Part shown: positions 29,729-39,017 of the stretch, piece by piece | How the letters are laid out: each line of letters begins with the position of its first letter | Position numbering within the stretch: the first letter of the stretch is position 1 | Assembly (NCBI GenBank): GCA_963796105.1 | Contig: CAWCKJ010000010.1 | Span: 96,001 to 160,000 of the forward strand | Direction: 5' to 3' | From: a candidate division FCPU426 bacterium | Lineage (GTDB): Bacteria; Oederibacteriota; Muellerivitia; Muellerivitales; Muellerivitaceae | Length of the DNA stretch: 64,000 nt | Made by a program: the position numbers and the translations under genes | Notes under the pieces: model-generated | The model's input: only the letters and a program-made list of their open reading frames with translations | Databases searched by the model: none | Told to the model about the DNA's origin: nothing

Positions 29729-29744
29729 TTTTTAGGAGGAAACC

Positions 29745-30038
29745 ATGCTGCCCAAGACCCGGATTTCGACCCATCCTGGAGAAATTTTGGATAAAGATTT
29801 CTTGAAGCCCTTGGGTGTTTCTCAAAATTCCTTTGCCGCGCACTTGGGATGGTCCCATGCCAAGATTAATGAAATCATTCATGGCAGAAGGGGAATTACG
29901 CCTGAGGCGGCGCTTTCCCTGGCCGATGTATTAAGAACAACTCCTGATTTGTGGTTGAATTTGCAAAAAAATCATGATTTGTCTAAGGCGCGGAAATCGC
30001 ACCACAAAAAGAAGCCTTTTTTAGTGAAAGCTGTTTAA
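29745..30038 (+). CDS. higA: HigA antitoxin (Xre HTH)
   Basis: HPGEIL..DFL.PLG.SQ, INEII.G.RGIT, W.NLQ. Confidence 0.93.
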   Translation: MLPKTRISTHPGEILDKDFLKPLGVSQNSFAAHLGWSHAKINEIIHGRRGITPEAALSLADVLRTTPDLWLNLQKNHDLSKARKSHHKKKPFLVKAV

Positions 30039-30079
30039 ATCAATCTGTTTCCCTTTGTTGAATAAATTCTAGGAAAAAA

Positions 30080-31117
30080 ATGAAAATTCTTAAAATCTAC
30101 GGAATCGTATTTCTATTAATCTTCGCCATTTTCGCGTTTATTTTCATTCCCACCTTCTTCCTACCGGGCGGAAACATCGACATCCCCGTTTATTCCAAAA
30201 GCACGGCCAGGTCCATCGCCAGGAGCCTCAAGGAAAAGGGCATCATCCATTTCGCCCTGCCGTTCCGCCTCCTATCCAAGGCCATTCACGCTGACCGCAG
30301 GCTCCAGGCGGGTTTGTATCGATTGAGCCAGCGCATGAGCCTTTGGGAGGTGCTTTCAGCCCTTTCCCAGGGAAAAAGCGAGCTGTTATCCCTTAAAGTC
30401 CCGGAGGGCTTCACGACCGAGCAGATTGCGCAGGAAATGGAAAAGTTGAAAGCTTCCACCGCTGAGGAATTCCTGAAGGCCGCGAGGGACCAAGAACTTC
30501 TCAAGAAACTGGGTATCCACGGGCCTAGCCTGGAAGGGTACCTTTTTCCCGAAACCTACCGGATTCCCATGGCGGCCAGCCCGGAAGCCCTATTAGAACT
30601 CATGGTCCGCCAGTTCCAGGATTCGGTGGGGGATGATTTCGAGGCCAAGTGCAAGGTGCAGGGTCTGACGCCCTACCAACTGGTGACGCTCGCCTCCATC
30701 ATCGAGAAGGAAGCCAAGACGGACGATGACAGGAGCATGATCGCGGGGGTTCTCTACAACCGCCTCCGCCAGAAGATCCGCCTGCAAGTCAACGCCCCCT
30801 TGAATTACATCCTGAGCAGTAAGAATCCCTGGGTCACGAACGAGCAGATCAATACCCAATCCCCCTACAACACCTACCAGCACAGGGGACTGCCTCCGAC
30901 CCCCATTTGCAATCCGGGATTGGCCTCAATCCAGGCGGCCCTGGCTCCGGCCCAGGTGCCCTACCTTTATTACGTCGGCAAGGGTGACGGCACCAACTTG
31001 TACGCTACCACGCTTGAGGAACACAAAAAGAACGTCATCATCGCCAAGAGAATCCGGAGAACCCAGAGGGCCAACAGTTTGTTGAAAGCTGCCGGGGACC
31101 TGGGGAACTCGAAATGA
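30080..31117 (+). CDS. mltG: Endolytic transglycosylase MltG
   Basis: N-terminal TM, PEG, LEGYLFPETY, LASIIEKE, SPYNTY...GLPPTPI.NPG. Confidence 0.95.
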   Translation: MKILKIYGIVFLLIFAIFAFIFIPTFFLPGGNIDIPVYSKSTARSIARSLKEKGIIHFALPFRLLSKAIHADRRLQAGLYRLSQRMSLWEVLSALSQGKSELLSLKVPEGFTTEQIAQEMEKLKASTAEEFLKAARDQELLKKLGIHGPSLEGYLFPETYRIPMAASPEALLELMVRQFQDSVGDDFEAKCKVQGLTPYQLVTLASIIEKEAKTDDDRSMIAGVLYNRLRQKIRLQVNAPLNYILSSKNPWVTNEQINTQSPYNTYQHRGLPPTPICNPGLASIQAALAPAQVPYLYYVGKGDGTNLYATTLEEHKKNVIIAKRIRRTQRANSLLKAAGDLGNSK

Positions 31118-31404
31118 AAAAATGCCACGCCTGCGGGGAGCCCTGGGAGGGCTTTCCTGGGACCCAGCCCGGACGGGAGGAGTCCTGCGAGAAATGCGGG
31201 GCGTACCTCCACTGCTGTTTGAATTGCCGGCACCATTCACCGACGGCCCACCACGAGTGCATGAGCTCCACCACCGAGTATGTCCAAAACAAGGAAGGAA
31301 AGAATTTTTGCGAGGAATTCGAGTTCACTGGTAAGGGCCAGGGAGGGTCCACTGGTTCCAAAAACGACATGGAAGATAAATGGAAAAACATATTCGGAAG
31401 CTGA
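31114..31404 (+). CDS. Cys-rich putative zinc-finger protein
   Basis: CHAC, CEKC..YLHCCLNC.H, NFC..F; overlaps the mltG stop. Confidence 0.75.
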   Translation: MKKCHACGEPWEGFPGTQPGREESCEKCGAYLHCCLNCRHHSPTAHHECMSSTTEYVQNKEGKNFCEEFEFTGKGQGGSTGSKNDMEDKWKNIFGS

Positions 31405-31428
31405 AGCCATAAATCAAAATCCTGTCTA

Positions 31429-31740
31429 GCCACGTGCCAGCCTACCATAAGGCAGTTGAAAGAGACTGGTACAGTACCGATCTCAATATATTTTTATGGA
31501 TGATCGGCACGGATTCAGGGGATGCACTAGATAGCGATAAAAAGGATTTAGATAAGCTATAGATCGTGTTCCATGACCAAGCCTGCGGACCGTGGAAAAA
31601 TTAATTTTTCCATCGGCCGTCTGCATGGTCATAACGCCCATTGGGCGCAAGGGCTTTGCCCTTGGCACGATCCTAAGCAAGTTACCCAATTTGGTTTTAT
31701 AACCGTGAACTCTGTGGTTTCGAAGAAACCTGTGGTGAAA
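31429..31740. repeat. Palindromic element family 2, copy B
   Basis: Shares 5' block with 29203-29298, body with 38699-38930, and 3' end with reverse complement of 27293-27326. Confidence 0.8.
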
Positions 31741-31831
31741 TGTAGTTTCTTTTGAATAATTTCTGGCTTTGACTGATTAAGTTCCCGCCCAATAGGTATT
31801 CCAGCTAAACATAGGTTTTCTCAAGTGTTTT

Positions 31832-32817
31832 TATGCTTATGCACAAAGTGACCGTGCTGTAATGGGTTTTGCTAAGGCACATGCGGTCAAAGCACGGTGA
31901 AATAAGGAATCGGGATCATGACGACGGTTGAACCGATAGGCATATTCACTTAGATACCGGCCTAAATACTTAGCATCAACGCCATGATGAGTTCCAATGA
32001 TCCAGGCCTTGGCGTTGGAAATGAACCGGTGTACCCAGGGCAACCAACTTTCCAACTCTTTCGGGTCATTGGCCATCACCCGGTAGTCTGCCTCCACTCC
32101 TTTGAGTTCACGCAAGGCTGGCGAAGCATCTGTGTTGAGGAAAGAGCCTTTTTCCATAGTCTGATTCACGAATTCCTGGCTCTCCCACTTGGTTTCCATA
32201 GCTACCTTCACCTTGGCAAAACCCGCTTTTTCCTTCTTGCAACCATTCTCATCCACCCATTCCTTGCTTTCCACCGCCACCAAGACTTCCACTTGGTTTT
32301 CCTTGGCCTTTTTCCCAAAAACCGCCCCATCCAACTCAATGACGCCCTTTAGAGTATAGCTTTCGTCCTTTTGCCTAAGACCTTCCCGGATCTTATGCAA
32401 TAGAAGCCATGCCGAATGATCCGAAAGATTTAAATGCCGCTTCAGTTCCAGGGCCGAAATACCCCGTTTGCCCTGCATCATCAAACTGATGGCCCTGACC
32501 CAGGTTAAAAGAGGCAGCTTGGAGCTTTCAAAAATCGTCCCGGCGCGAAGCCGAAGACGTTTCCGGCAATAGTCACATTCCCTCACTTCAGGCTTGGCCT
32601 GGTGTTGCCAGAAGCTTTCGCCCTCACATTGGGGACAAACAAAGTCTTTCCCGCCGAAACGGCATCTCCACACCCATTGGCGGGCTTCTTCTTCCGTGTG
32701 GATTTTCCTCAGAATTTTAATGCTTTTCATCCGCTGGTAGCTCATGTACCACCTCCCGTAGCGGACAGTATACCTATGTATTCCTTTATTTCAAGGGTCA
32801 CTTAATACAGAAGCATG
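31832..32817 (-). mobile_element. IS1595-family insertion sequence
   Basis: Imperfect TIRs ATGCTTATGCACAAAGTGACC / ATGCTTCTGTATTAAGTGACC (17/21); 8-bp TSD AGTGTTTT at 31824-31831 and 32818-32825. Confidence 0.9.
31837..32745 (-). CDS. IS1595-family (ISXO2-like) transposase
   Basis: Zinc ribbon CPQC...CDYC, AGTIFE..KLPL..W, IELD, TD, YL.EY.YRFNRR. Confidence 0.93.
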   Translation of the reverse strand: MSYQRMKSIKILRKIHTEEEARQWVWRCRFGGKDFVCPQCEGESFWQHQAKPEVRECDYCRKRLRLRAGTIFESSKLPLLTWVRAISLMMQGKRGISALELKRHLNLSDHSAWLLLHKIREGLRQKDESYTLKGVIELDGAVFGKKAKENQVEVLVAVESKEWVDENGCKKEKAGFAKVKVAMETKWESQEFVNQTMEKGSFLNTDASPALRELKGVEADYRVMANDPKELESWLPWVHRFISNAKAWIIGTHHGVDAKYLGRYLSEYAYRFNRRHDPDSLFHRALTACALAKPITARSLCA

Positions 32818-32851
32818 AGTGTTTTTAATTTTAAAAAGCGCACAGCTTTTA

Positions 32852-32871
32852 TATAATGCGAAACCGGTTCC
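32852..32871 (+). promoter_or_regulatory. -10 box plus LacI-type operator upstream of xylA
   Basis: TATAAT at 32852 followed by GAAACCGGTTCC (CG-centred palindrome). Confidence 0.6.
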
Positions 32872-32905
32872 AAAATGTTTCAATTTAGTTACAAACGGAG
32901 GATTC

Positions 32906-34072
32906 ATGCCTGACTTCAAACCCAAAAAAGAACACCGCTTTTCATTCGGACTTTGGTGCACCGCCAACAGGGGAAGGGACCCCTTTGGTGAGGAAACCCG
33001 TGACCGGCTGGACCCCATCACCAATATCAAAGAGCTGGGGAAAAGAAACGTCTTTGGCTTCAATTACCATGACGACGACTTGATCCCATTCGGCGCTTCC
33101 CTGCAGGTGCGCAACAAGATCATCAAGGAAACCAAAAAGGCCATGAAGGACTACAACATCGTTTGCAGTATGGCCACCACCAATCTTTTCTACCACCGCG
33201 TCTTCAAGGACGGGGCCTTTACCAGCCACGACCCCAAGGTCCGCGCCTTCGCCTTGCAGAAGGTGATGAGGAACATGGACCTCGGGGCCGAGTTCGGGGC
33301 CAAGACCTATGTCTTTTGGGGAGGCCGCGAGGGGAATGAAGTGGACGCCGCGAAGACGCCGGAAGAAGCCATCAAGCGCTACCGCGAGTGCATGAATTTT
33401 CTCTGCGCTTACGCGCGCCATAACGGCTACAACTACAGGTTCGCCATCGAGCCCAAGCCCAACGAGCCGAGGGGGGACATATTCCTGGCCACGGCGGGGC
33501 ACGTCCTGGCTTTCATCGAGACCCTGGACTATCCCGAGATGGTCGGGGTGAACCCCGAGATTGAGCATTCACGGATGGCCGGTTTAAACTCCTACCACGA
33601 TTTTGCCCAAGCCATGGAGGCGGGAAAGCTCTACCACGTGGACCTGGGGGCGCAGAAACCCTGCCGCTTCGACCAGGACCTGAGGTTCGGTTCCGAGGAC
33701 CTCAAGGAGACTTTCTTCGTGGTGAAACTTCTCGAGGACCACGATTGGGCCGGCACCCGTAATTTCGACGAGCACCCCTACCGCAACGAGGACGAGAAGG
33801 GAGTTTGGGACTTCGTCGAGGGAAGCATGAGGACCTACCTGATCCTTTGGGAGAAGGTGAAACAGTTCAACGCCAACCGCAAGGTCCAGCAAATCCTGAA
33901 GGCGATCCACGGTTCGGACCCCCAGTTGGAGGGCTTGATGAGGCACTTCACCCTGGAAGGGGCGGAGAAATTAAGAAACCAAAACTTCAACCCGATCGCC
34001 TTGTCGAAGAAAAGGCTTCCATACGAGGAACTGGACCAGGTTCTCCAGGAAATCCTGATGGGAGTCGCTTGA
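32906..34072 (+). CDS. xylA: Xylose isomerase (short class I type)
   Basis: RBS GGAGG; FSFGLW, HDDDL, WGGREG, EPKPNEPRGD, NPE..H, DQD; metal ligands present. Confidence 0.95.
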   Translation: MPDFKPKKEHRFSFGLWCTANRGRDPFGEETRDRLDPITNIKELGKRNVFGFNYHDDDLIPFGASLQVRNKIIKETKKAMKDYNIVCSMATTNLFYHRVFKDGAFTSHDPKVRAFALQKVMRNMDLGAEFGAKTYVFWGGREGNEVDAAKTPEEAIKRYRECMNFLCAYARHNGYNYRFAIEPKPNEPRGDIFLATAGHVLAFIETLDYPEMVGVNPEIEHSRMAGLNSYHDFAQAMEAGKLYHVDLGAQKPCRFDQDLRFGSEDLKETFFVVKLLEDHDWAGTRNFDEHPYRNEDEKGVWDFVEGSMRTYLILWEKVKQFNANRKVQQILKAIHGSDPQLEGLMRHFTLEGAEKLRNQNFNPIALSKKRLPYEELDQVLQEILMGVA

Positions 34073-34100
34073 GACTTTAAATTTTTTCGGAAGGAAAGAC

Positions 34101-35090
34101 ATGTCGACCACCATCCAGGAAATCGCTGATAAGGCGGGGGTCTCCAAAGCGACGGTCTCGCGCGTCATCAACGGGCTCTCGGTCAAATACGAGACAGCGC
34201 AAAAGGTAAAGACAGTCATCACGAAGATGCAGTACCGCCCCCACCGGTTCGCGAGGGGCCTTTCGGCCCGCCAAACTGGGTTTTTGGGCATCGTTACGCC
34301 CCCCCTGGACGACCCCTATGTGGCCTCGGTGCTCGCCGGCATGGAGGAGGAGTCGGAAAGGCAGGGCAAACTCATCACCTTGAGCGTTTGCAGGGGCCCT
34401 GGAACGGATGAAAAGGAAATCATACAAAGCCTGACCAACCCGCCCTTGGTGGACGGCCTGTTGTTCCTACTGCCGACGGTGTCGCTGGAGCCCCAGATCC
34501 GGGAACTGTCCAAGAAGGGCTTTTCGATCGTAGTGGCCTCCGAACGCAGGTTCGAGGAATTGGCCTCGGCCGTCGTCATCGACAATTTCAACGGCGCCAG
34601 GCAGGCCACCGAATACCTCATCGGGAAAGGCCACAAACGGATTGGTTTCATCTCGGGAAAGCCGGAATTGACCGATTCCTTCGACCGCTTGGAGGGCTAT
34701 AGCCAGGCCCTGAAGGACGCGGGGATCCCCTTTATCGAGTCCCTCGTGGCGCCCGGCAATTACGAGCTCTCGGCGGGGCAGGCGGCGGCTGAAAAGTTCC
34801 TCGACATGGGCGACCCGCCCACCGCAGTTTTCGCCTCCAATGACCGGATGGCCATCGGGCTCCTGAAGACCCTTCAAGCCAAGAAAATGGAAGGCTCCAT
34901 GGCCGTGGTGGGTTTCGACGACATTCCCATGGCCTCCCTCTGCTCCCCGGCCCTCACCACTATCGGGACCGACCTGAACGAGCTGGGCAGGCAGGCCGTC
35001 CATAAATTAATGCGCCTGGTCAAAGGCGAGGAAAAAGGCAGGTCCACCCTGATGATGAAGACCCATCTCGTGGTCAGGGAATCGGCCTAA
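34101..35090 (+). CDS. LacI-family transcriptional regulator
   Basis: TIQEIA..AGVSKATVSRVIN HTH; GHKRIGFI, AVF..ND, VVGFDD, LVVRES. Confidence 0.96.
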   Translation: MSTTIQEIADKAGVSKATVSRVINGLSVKYETAQKVKTVITKMQYRPHRFARGLSARQTGFLGIVTPPLDDPYVASVLAGMEEESERQGKLITLSVCRGPGTDEKEIIQSLTNPPLVDGLLFLLPTVSLEPQIRELSKKGFSIVVASERRFEELASAVVIDNFNGARQATEYLIGKGHKRIGFISGKPELTDSFDRLEGYSQALKDAGIPFIESLVAPGNYELSAGQAAAEKFLDMGDPPTAVFASNDRMAIGLLKTLQAKKMEGSMAVVGFDDIPMASLCSPALTTIGTDLNELGRQAVHKLMRLVKGEEKGRSTLMMKTHLVVRESA

Positions 35091-35198
35091 AAGAACCACC
35101 TCTACAACCGGGATATTGGGTGGAGCCGCGTCTCAGTTCCGGCATTTTCTTAATGTCCGACTCCGGCAAATTTTGAAAGACGCGTCATGAACGTCAAT

Positions 35199-35294
35199 TC
35201 CCCCCTTTGAAAAAGGGGGATAGGGGGTATTAGCCTTTGGCAAATCAGCAAGAAAAGACTAACTCCCCCTCATTCCCCCTCTTTCAGAGGGGGA
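35199..35294. repeat. Intergenic palindromic element, family 3 (CCCCCCTTT...AGGGGG)
   Basis: Two C/G-tract hairpins in inverted arrangement. Confidence 0.7.
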
Positions 35295-35359
35295 GATGTA
35301 GTGCGTCCAGACTGAATTTACCTAAGACGAGTTAATAATTATTTTTCGGGAGGACATTC

Positions 35360-36652
35360 ATGAAAAAATTCCAGGCCTGCTTTTGGGCGATGGTTTTGAT
35401 TTCCACAATGTTGGGAGGCTGCGCCCCCAAGAGGGATGAAACTGTCATCCGGGTGGCGGATTTCCTCACGGACCCGGCCCTTATCAAGATCATCGACAAC
35501 AACCTGCGAAGCCTCGAGAAGCAGTACCCGGGACTGAGGATCAAGCTGGAGACGACACCCTACAGCGAGTACCAGCAAAAGATCGTCACCCAGATCTCGG
35601 CTGATTCCGCGCCCGACATCCTTTATGTCGAGGTGAATAATTTCGTGGACCTTTACCTGAAGGACGTCTTCGAAGATTTGAATCCCTATGTGGAGAAGGA
35701 CCAGGTGGACTTGAAGGCCTATTACCCCGGCGTGATCGGGCGCTTCAGCCCCCAGGGCCACCTTTACGCCATGCCCCAGGATACGGCCCCCTCCGGTCTG
35801 ATGTATTACAACAAAAAGATGTTCGACGAGGCCGGGGTGCCCTATCCCACCGGCGACTGGAGCTGGCCTGAGCCTTTCCTTTCCATCTGCGAGAAGCTGA
35901 CGCGCAAGGACGCCAAGGGGAAAACCGTTCGGTGGGCCTATTGCGACGCCTATCCCGTGCAATTCGAGAATTTCCTCTACAGCGCCGGGGGCGGGTACGT
36001 GGACCATCCCGAAAACCCCACCAAATTCACGGCCGACAGCCCCGCGGCCATGATGGCGGCCAAGTTCCGGTATGAGCTGATCAACAAGTACCACGTCTCG
36101 CCCAGCGTGAGCGAGATCCAATCCTTCAATTTCGCCAGCGGGGTGGAGCAGATGTTCGCCAACGGGCAGATCGCCCTCATGGATTCCGGCATCTGGCACA
36201 CCCCCCAGCTCCTGAAGACCAAGGACCTGCGGTTCGACGTGGTGGAATTCCCCAAGGGTCCCACGGGCCTGAGGGCCTGGGGAACGGGCGGGTCCGGCTA
36301 CGCCATCTGCAAGAATTCCAAGAACAAGGAACTGGCCTGGAAAGTGATCAAGGAATTGACCAGCGAGGCCTCCCTCACCCGCCTGGCCGCCACCGGCATG
36401 ATCCAGCCGGCCCTGATCAGCCTGGCTGGATCGGATATCTTCGCGAAGGCCCCTGGACCGGAGCACAAGGGTATCCTCCTGGACATGCCGAAAGACTCCA
36501 TTTATGAGCCTTTTATCGCCAACTGGGGGGAGATTTTCTACGGCACCCTGGGGCCGGCCATGGACCCTGTCTGGCTGGGGGAAAAGACCCCCGAACAAGT
36601 CCTGCCGGAAGTCACCAAGCGCATCAACCAAAAATTCTTCAAGGCGAAATAA
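35360..36652 (+). CDS. Sugar ABC transporter substrate-binding lipoprotein
   Basis: Lipobox LGGC, APDI, LYAMP, MYYNK.MFDEAGV.YP...W.W, F.NGQIA. Confidence 0.92.
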   Translation: MKKFQACFWAMVLISTMLGGCAPKRDETVIRVADFLTDPALIKIIDNNLRSLEKQYPGLRIKLETTPYSEYQQKIVTQISADSAPDILYVEVNNFVDLYLKDVFEDLNPYVEKDQVDLKAYYPGVIGRFSPQGHLYAMPQDTAPSGLMYYNKKMFDEAGVPYPTGDWSWPEPFLSICEKLTRKDAKGKTVRWAYCDAYPVQFENFLYSAGGGYVDHPENPTKFTADSPAAMMAAKFRYELINKYHVSPSVSEIQSFNFASGVEQMFANGQIALMDSGIWHTPQLLKTKDLRFDVVEFPKGPTGLRAWGTGGSGYAICKNSKNKELAWKVIKELTSEASLTRLAATGMIQPALISLAGSDIFAKAPGPEHKGILLDMPKDSIYEPFIANWGEIFYGTLGPAMDPVWLGEKTPEQVLPEVTKRINQKFFKAK

Positions 36653-36654
36653 AC

Positions 36655-38652
36655 GTGAAATGGGAAATTAAGCCCCAGGGGGAATGGCTCCTTTCCTACC
36701 GAGGAAAGAGCCTGGCCCGCGTTCCGGCCGCCTTGGAAATGGAAGTGAAGGGCCGTCTTTTCCATGAGGGATGGCGGGTAAGAAAAGGGAACAAACTTAA
36801 GGGTTTCCTTGCGGATGAAAAGGGGCCCTTTCTCCAGGTAGAATCCCTATTCCGACAAAGCATTATTGATGGCCAGGAAGTCCTGGAAGAAAACCGAACC
36901 TACCGCGCCTTGAGAGAAATACCCCAGGCTCTTTTGACGATCCGTTGTTTTCTAAAACCTGTCCGAAAAGCAGAGGATGGTTTCCTGGTCATTCCCGCCC
37001 TTTGGTACGGGGACAACGAGGCCTGGAACAAGAAAGTGGTTTATCCCAAGGGCTTGGACCAGGACTGGAGCTTCAAGGCGGACGGGTCCTCATGCCCCGC
37101 CGTGGTTTGGACGACCCCTGATTCTTCCTACGCGGTAGCTGTCGAAAATTCCGTCAAGTTTCCGGTCAAGCGTCCAGGCTTGGGTGACGTGCTGGGAATC
37201 GGCTTCGCGAAAATGGGGAAAAATCCCCAGGCAGTTTTTACTTTTCCGGCGCAGGAGATTCCCAATAGTTATCCCAGGGCCAGGAAACTCAGGGCTCCCT
37301 TAAAACCCCGGCAGGACTGGAAAAAAGGACAAACCCTCACCCTTACTCTTCATCACCTGGCGTCCCTTAGCGACAGGGCTTTCCATGTAAAGGTTTGGAG
37401 GACCCTGGGCAAAAGCCTTTCAAAAGATTGCCGCTATGCCGTAAACACCCAAGCCTTGCGAAAGACCGCGGATCTTTTCACCTATTGCCTCAAGAATTCC
37501 CACTTCCTCAAGGGAAAGGGCTTTTCCCACCGGCATGATATTCCTGAAATTTTCACGGGCTGGTGCGGGGGTTTCGCGGCGGCTTACGCCTCGATCAAAT
37601 GGGCCGATCTCACGGGAGACCCGGAGTTCCGGCGCATGGGTGAAACCATGTGCGATTACATCAGCCGGGAGGGGATTTCACCCTCCGGAATTTTTTATTC
37701 CGAGAACGTCAAGGGGATTTGGCTCCAGAAGGTATTCTGGGGCGTGGCCCAAGGCATTCACATGAGAAACCCCTCGGAAGGGTCCTGCTACCTGGCCTTG
37801 ATCCTGGAACAAGAGCGTTCCAGGGGCAGGTACCGCGTGGAATGGGACCAGGCCTTACGATCCAACCTCGACACGGTCCTATCCCTGCAAAGAAAGGACG
37901 GGGCCATTCCCCATGAGATCGACGGCAAAACAGGTAAACCCCTATCCTGGGTTGGGGCGACCTCCGGGGCCTGGGCAGGGGCCTTGGCTGTTTATTCCCG
38001 GATTGACGAGGATAAAGCCAGGGGAAGGAGTTATCTCGCGGCGGCCAAGAGGGCCGCAAGCTATTACCTCCGGCAATATGTCGAGAAGGAAAGGTACATC
38101 GGGGGCCCTTACGACACCTATATGGCTCCTAATATGGAGGACCCCTACAACCTGCTTTTGGCCTATTCGGAGCTGTACGAGACCACGAAGGAGCGTAAAT
38201 GGCTCCAAGCCGCCAAGAGGATCGCGGACCACCTGCTTTCCTGGCGCTACCTTTACGATGTCCGGTTCCCGGACGCGACGATTTGCCTGAAGCAAAAGGT
38301 GAAGACCTTCCATATGTCGCCTGCCTCGGTATCCAACAAGCACATCCAAAACTGGGACACCTTGGCGGACACTTATCTTTTACGCCTGAGCCGGTGGCTC
38401 AAGGACCCCTTTTACGCCGACTGCGCCACTCAGCATTTAGCGGCCTCCACCCAATTGGTCCAGAAGGGACAGCTTCCCAAAGGTATTCCCTACGGGGGGC
38501 AGTCGGAGCAATGGTACGCCACGCAATTCAACTGGTTCGGCAATTGCGGAAAATATTCCAAGGGAAACCTTTGGCAGATCACCGTGGCCCTGCCCAAAGC
38601 GGGGTTTTTAATCTCATTGACGGATTATTTAACCGGGAACAAAGATAATTGA
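36655..38652 (+). CDS. Hypothetical protein, possible (alpha/alpha)6-barrel carbohydrate-active enzyme
   Basis: C-terminal helical repeats (Q..DG, YL.AA..AA.Y, LYE.T....WL.AA...AD.L); located in sugar locus. Confidence 0.6.
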   Translation: MKWEIKPQGEWLLSYRGKSLARVPAALEMEVKGRLFHEGWRVRKGNKLKGFLADEKGPFLQVESLFRQSIIDGQEVLEENRTYRALREIPQALLTIRCFLKPVRKAEDGFLVIPALWYGDNEAWNKKVVYPKGLDQDWSFKADGSSCPAVVWTTPDSSYAVAVENSVKFPVKRPGLGDVLGIGFAKMGKNPQAVFTFPAQEIPNSYPRARKLRAPLKPRQDWKKGQTLTLTLHHLASLSDRAFHVKVWRTLGKSLSKDCRYAVNTQALRKTADLFTYCLKNSHFLKGKGFSHRHDIPEIFTGWCGGFAAAYASIKWADLTGDPEFRRMGETMCDYISREGISPSGIFYSENVKGIWLQKVFWGVAQGIHMRNPSEGSCYLALILEQERSRGRYRVEWDQALRSNLDTVLSLQRKDGAIPHEIDGKTGKPLSWVGATSGAWAGALAVYSRIDEDKARGRSYLAAAKRAASYYLRQYVEKERYIGGPYDTYMAPNMEDPYNLLLAYSELYETTKERKWLQAAKRIADHLLSWRYLYDVRFPDATICLKQKVKTFHMSPASVSNKHIQNWDTLADTYLLRLSRWLKDPFYADCATQHLAASTQLVQKGQLPKGIPYGGQSEQWYATQFNWFGNCGKYSKGNLWQITVALPKAGFLISLTDYLTGNKDN

Positions 38653-38698
38653 TGTTATGAATTTCAAGACTGAAAGATGTTAGGAAAAAAAGTTCTTA

Positions 38699-38930
38699 GC
38701 CATGGATTCAGGGGATGCACTGGATAGCAAAAGAAAGGGATCTGGGCAAGCAGCAGATCGTGTTATTTGGCTTAGCTGAGGGCAGATGGAAGAATTAATT
38801 TTTCCATGGACCGCAGGGTAGGGTCATAGCTCCCCGCACCGCAGCGGGAAGCAGTGCCATCGGGCGCAAAGTTAAAACTTTTGTCTCGATCTAGACTTGT
38901 TGAATCCCATGTATCCCATGCATCCGTGGC
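38699..38930. repeat. Palindromic element family 2, copy C (complete)
   Basis: GCCATGGATTCAGGGGATGCACTGGAT ... ATCCCATGTATCCCATGCATCCGTGGC inverted ends; right arm recurs at 21633-21660. Confidence 0.85.
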
Positions 38931-39017
38931 AAAAATATTTTTATGCTTTGGCCCGAAAGCCAAAATCCTGAGGGCTCAGCACAAAAATTCTTTTGATTAA
39001 TTTTAAGGGAGGTTTTT

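Noticed and set aside
32819..32905. Longer xylA start given in the ORF track
   Set aside because: It begins inside the IS target duplication and promoter; ATG 32906 has a GGAGG RBS and gives the expected length
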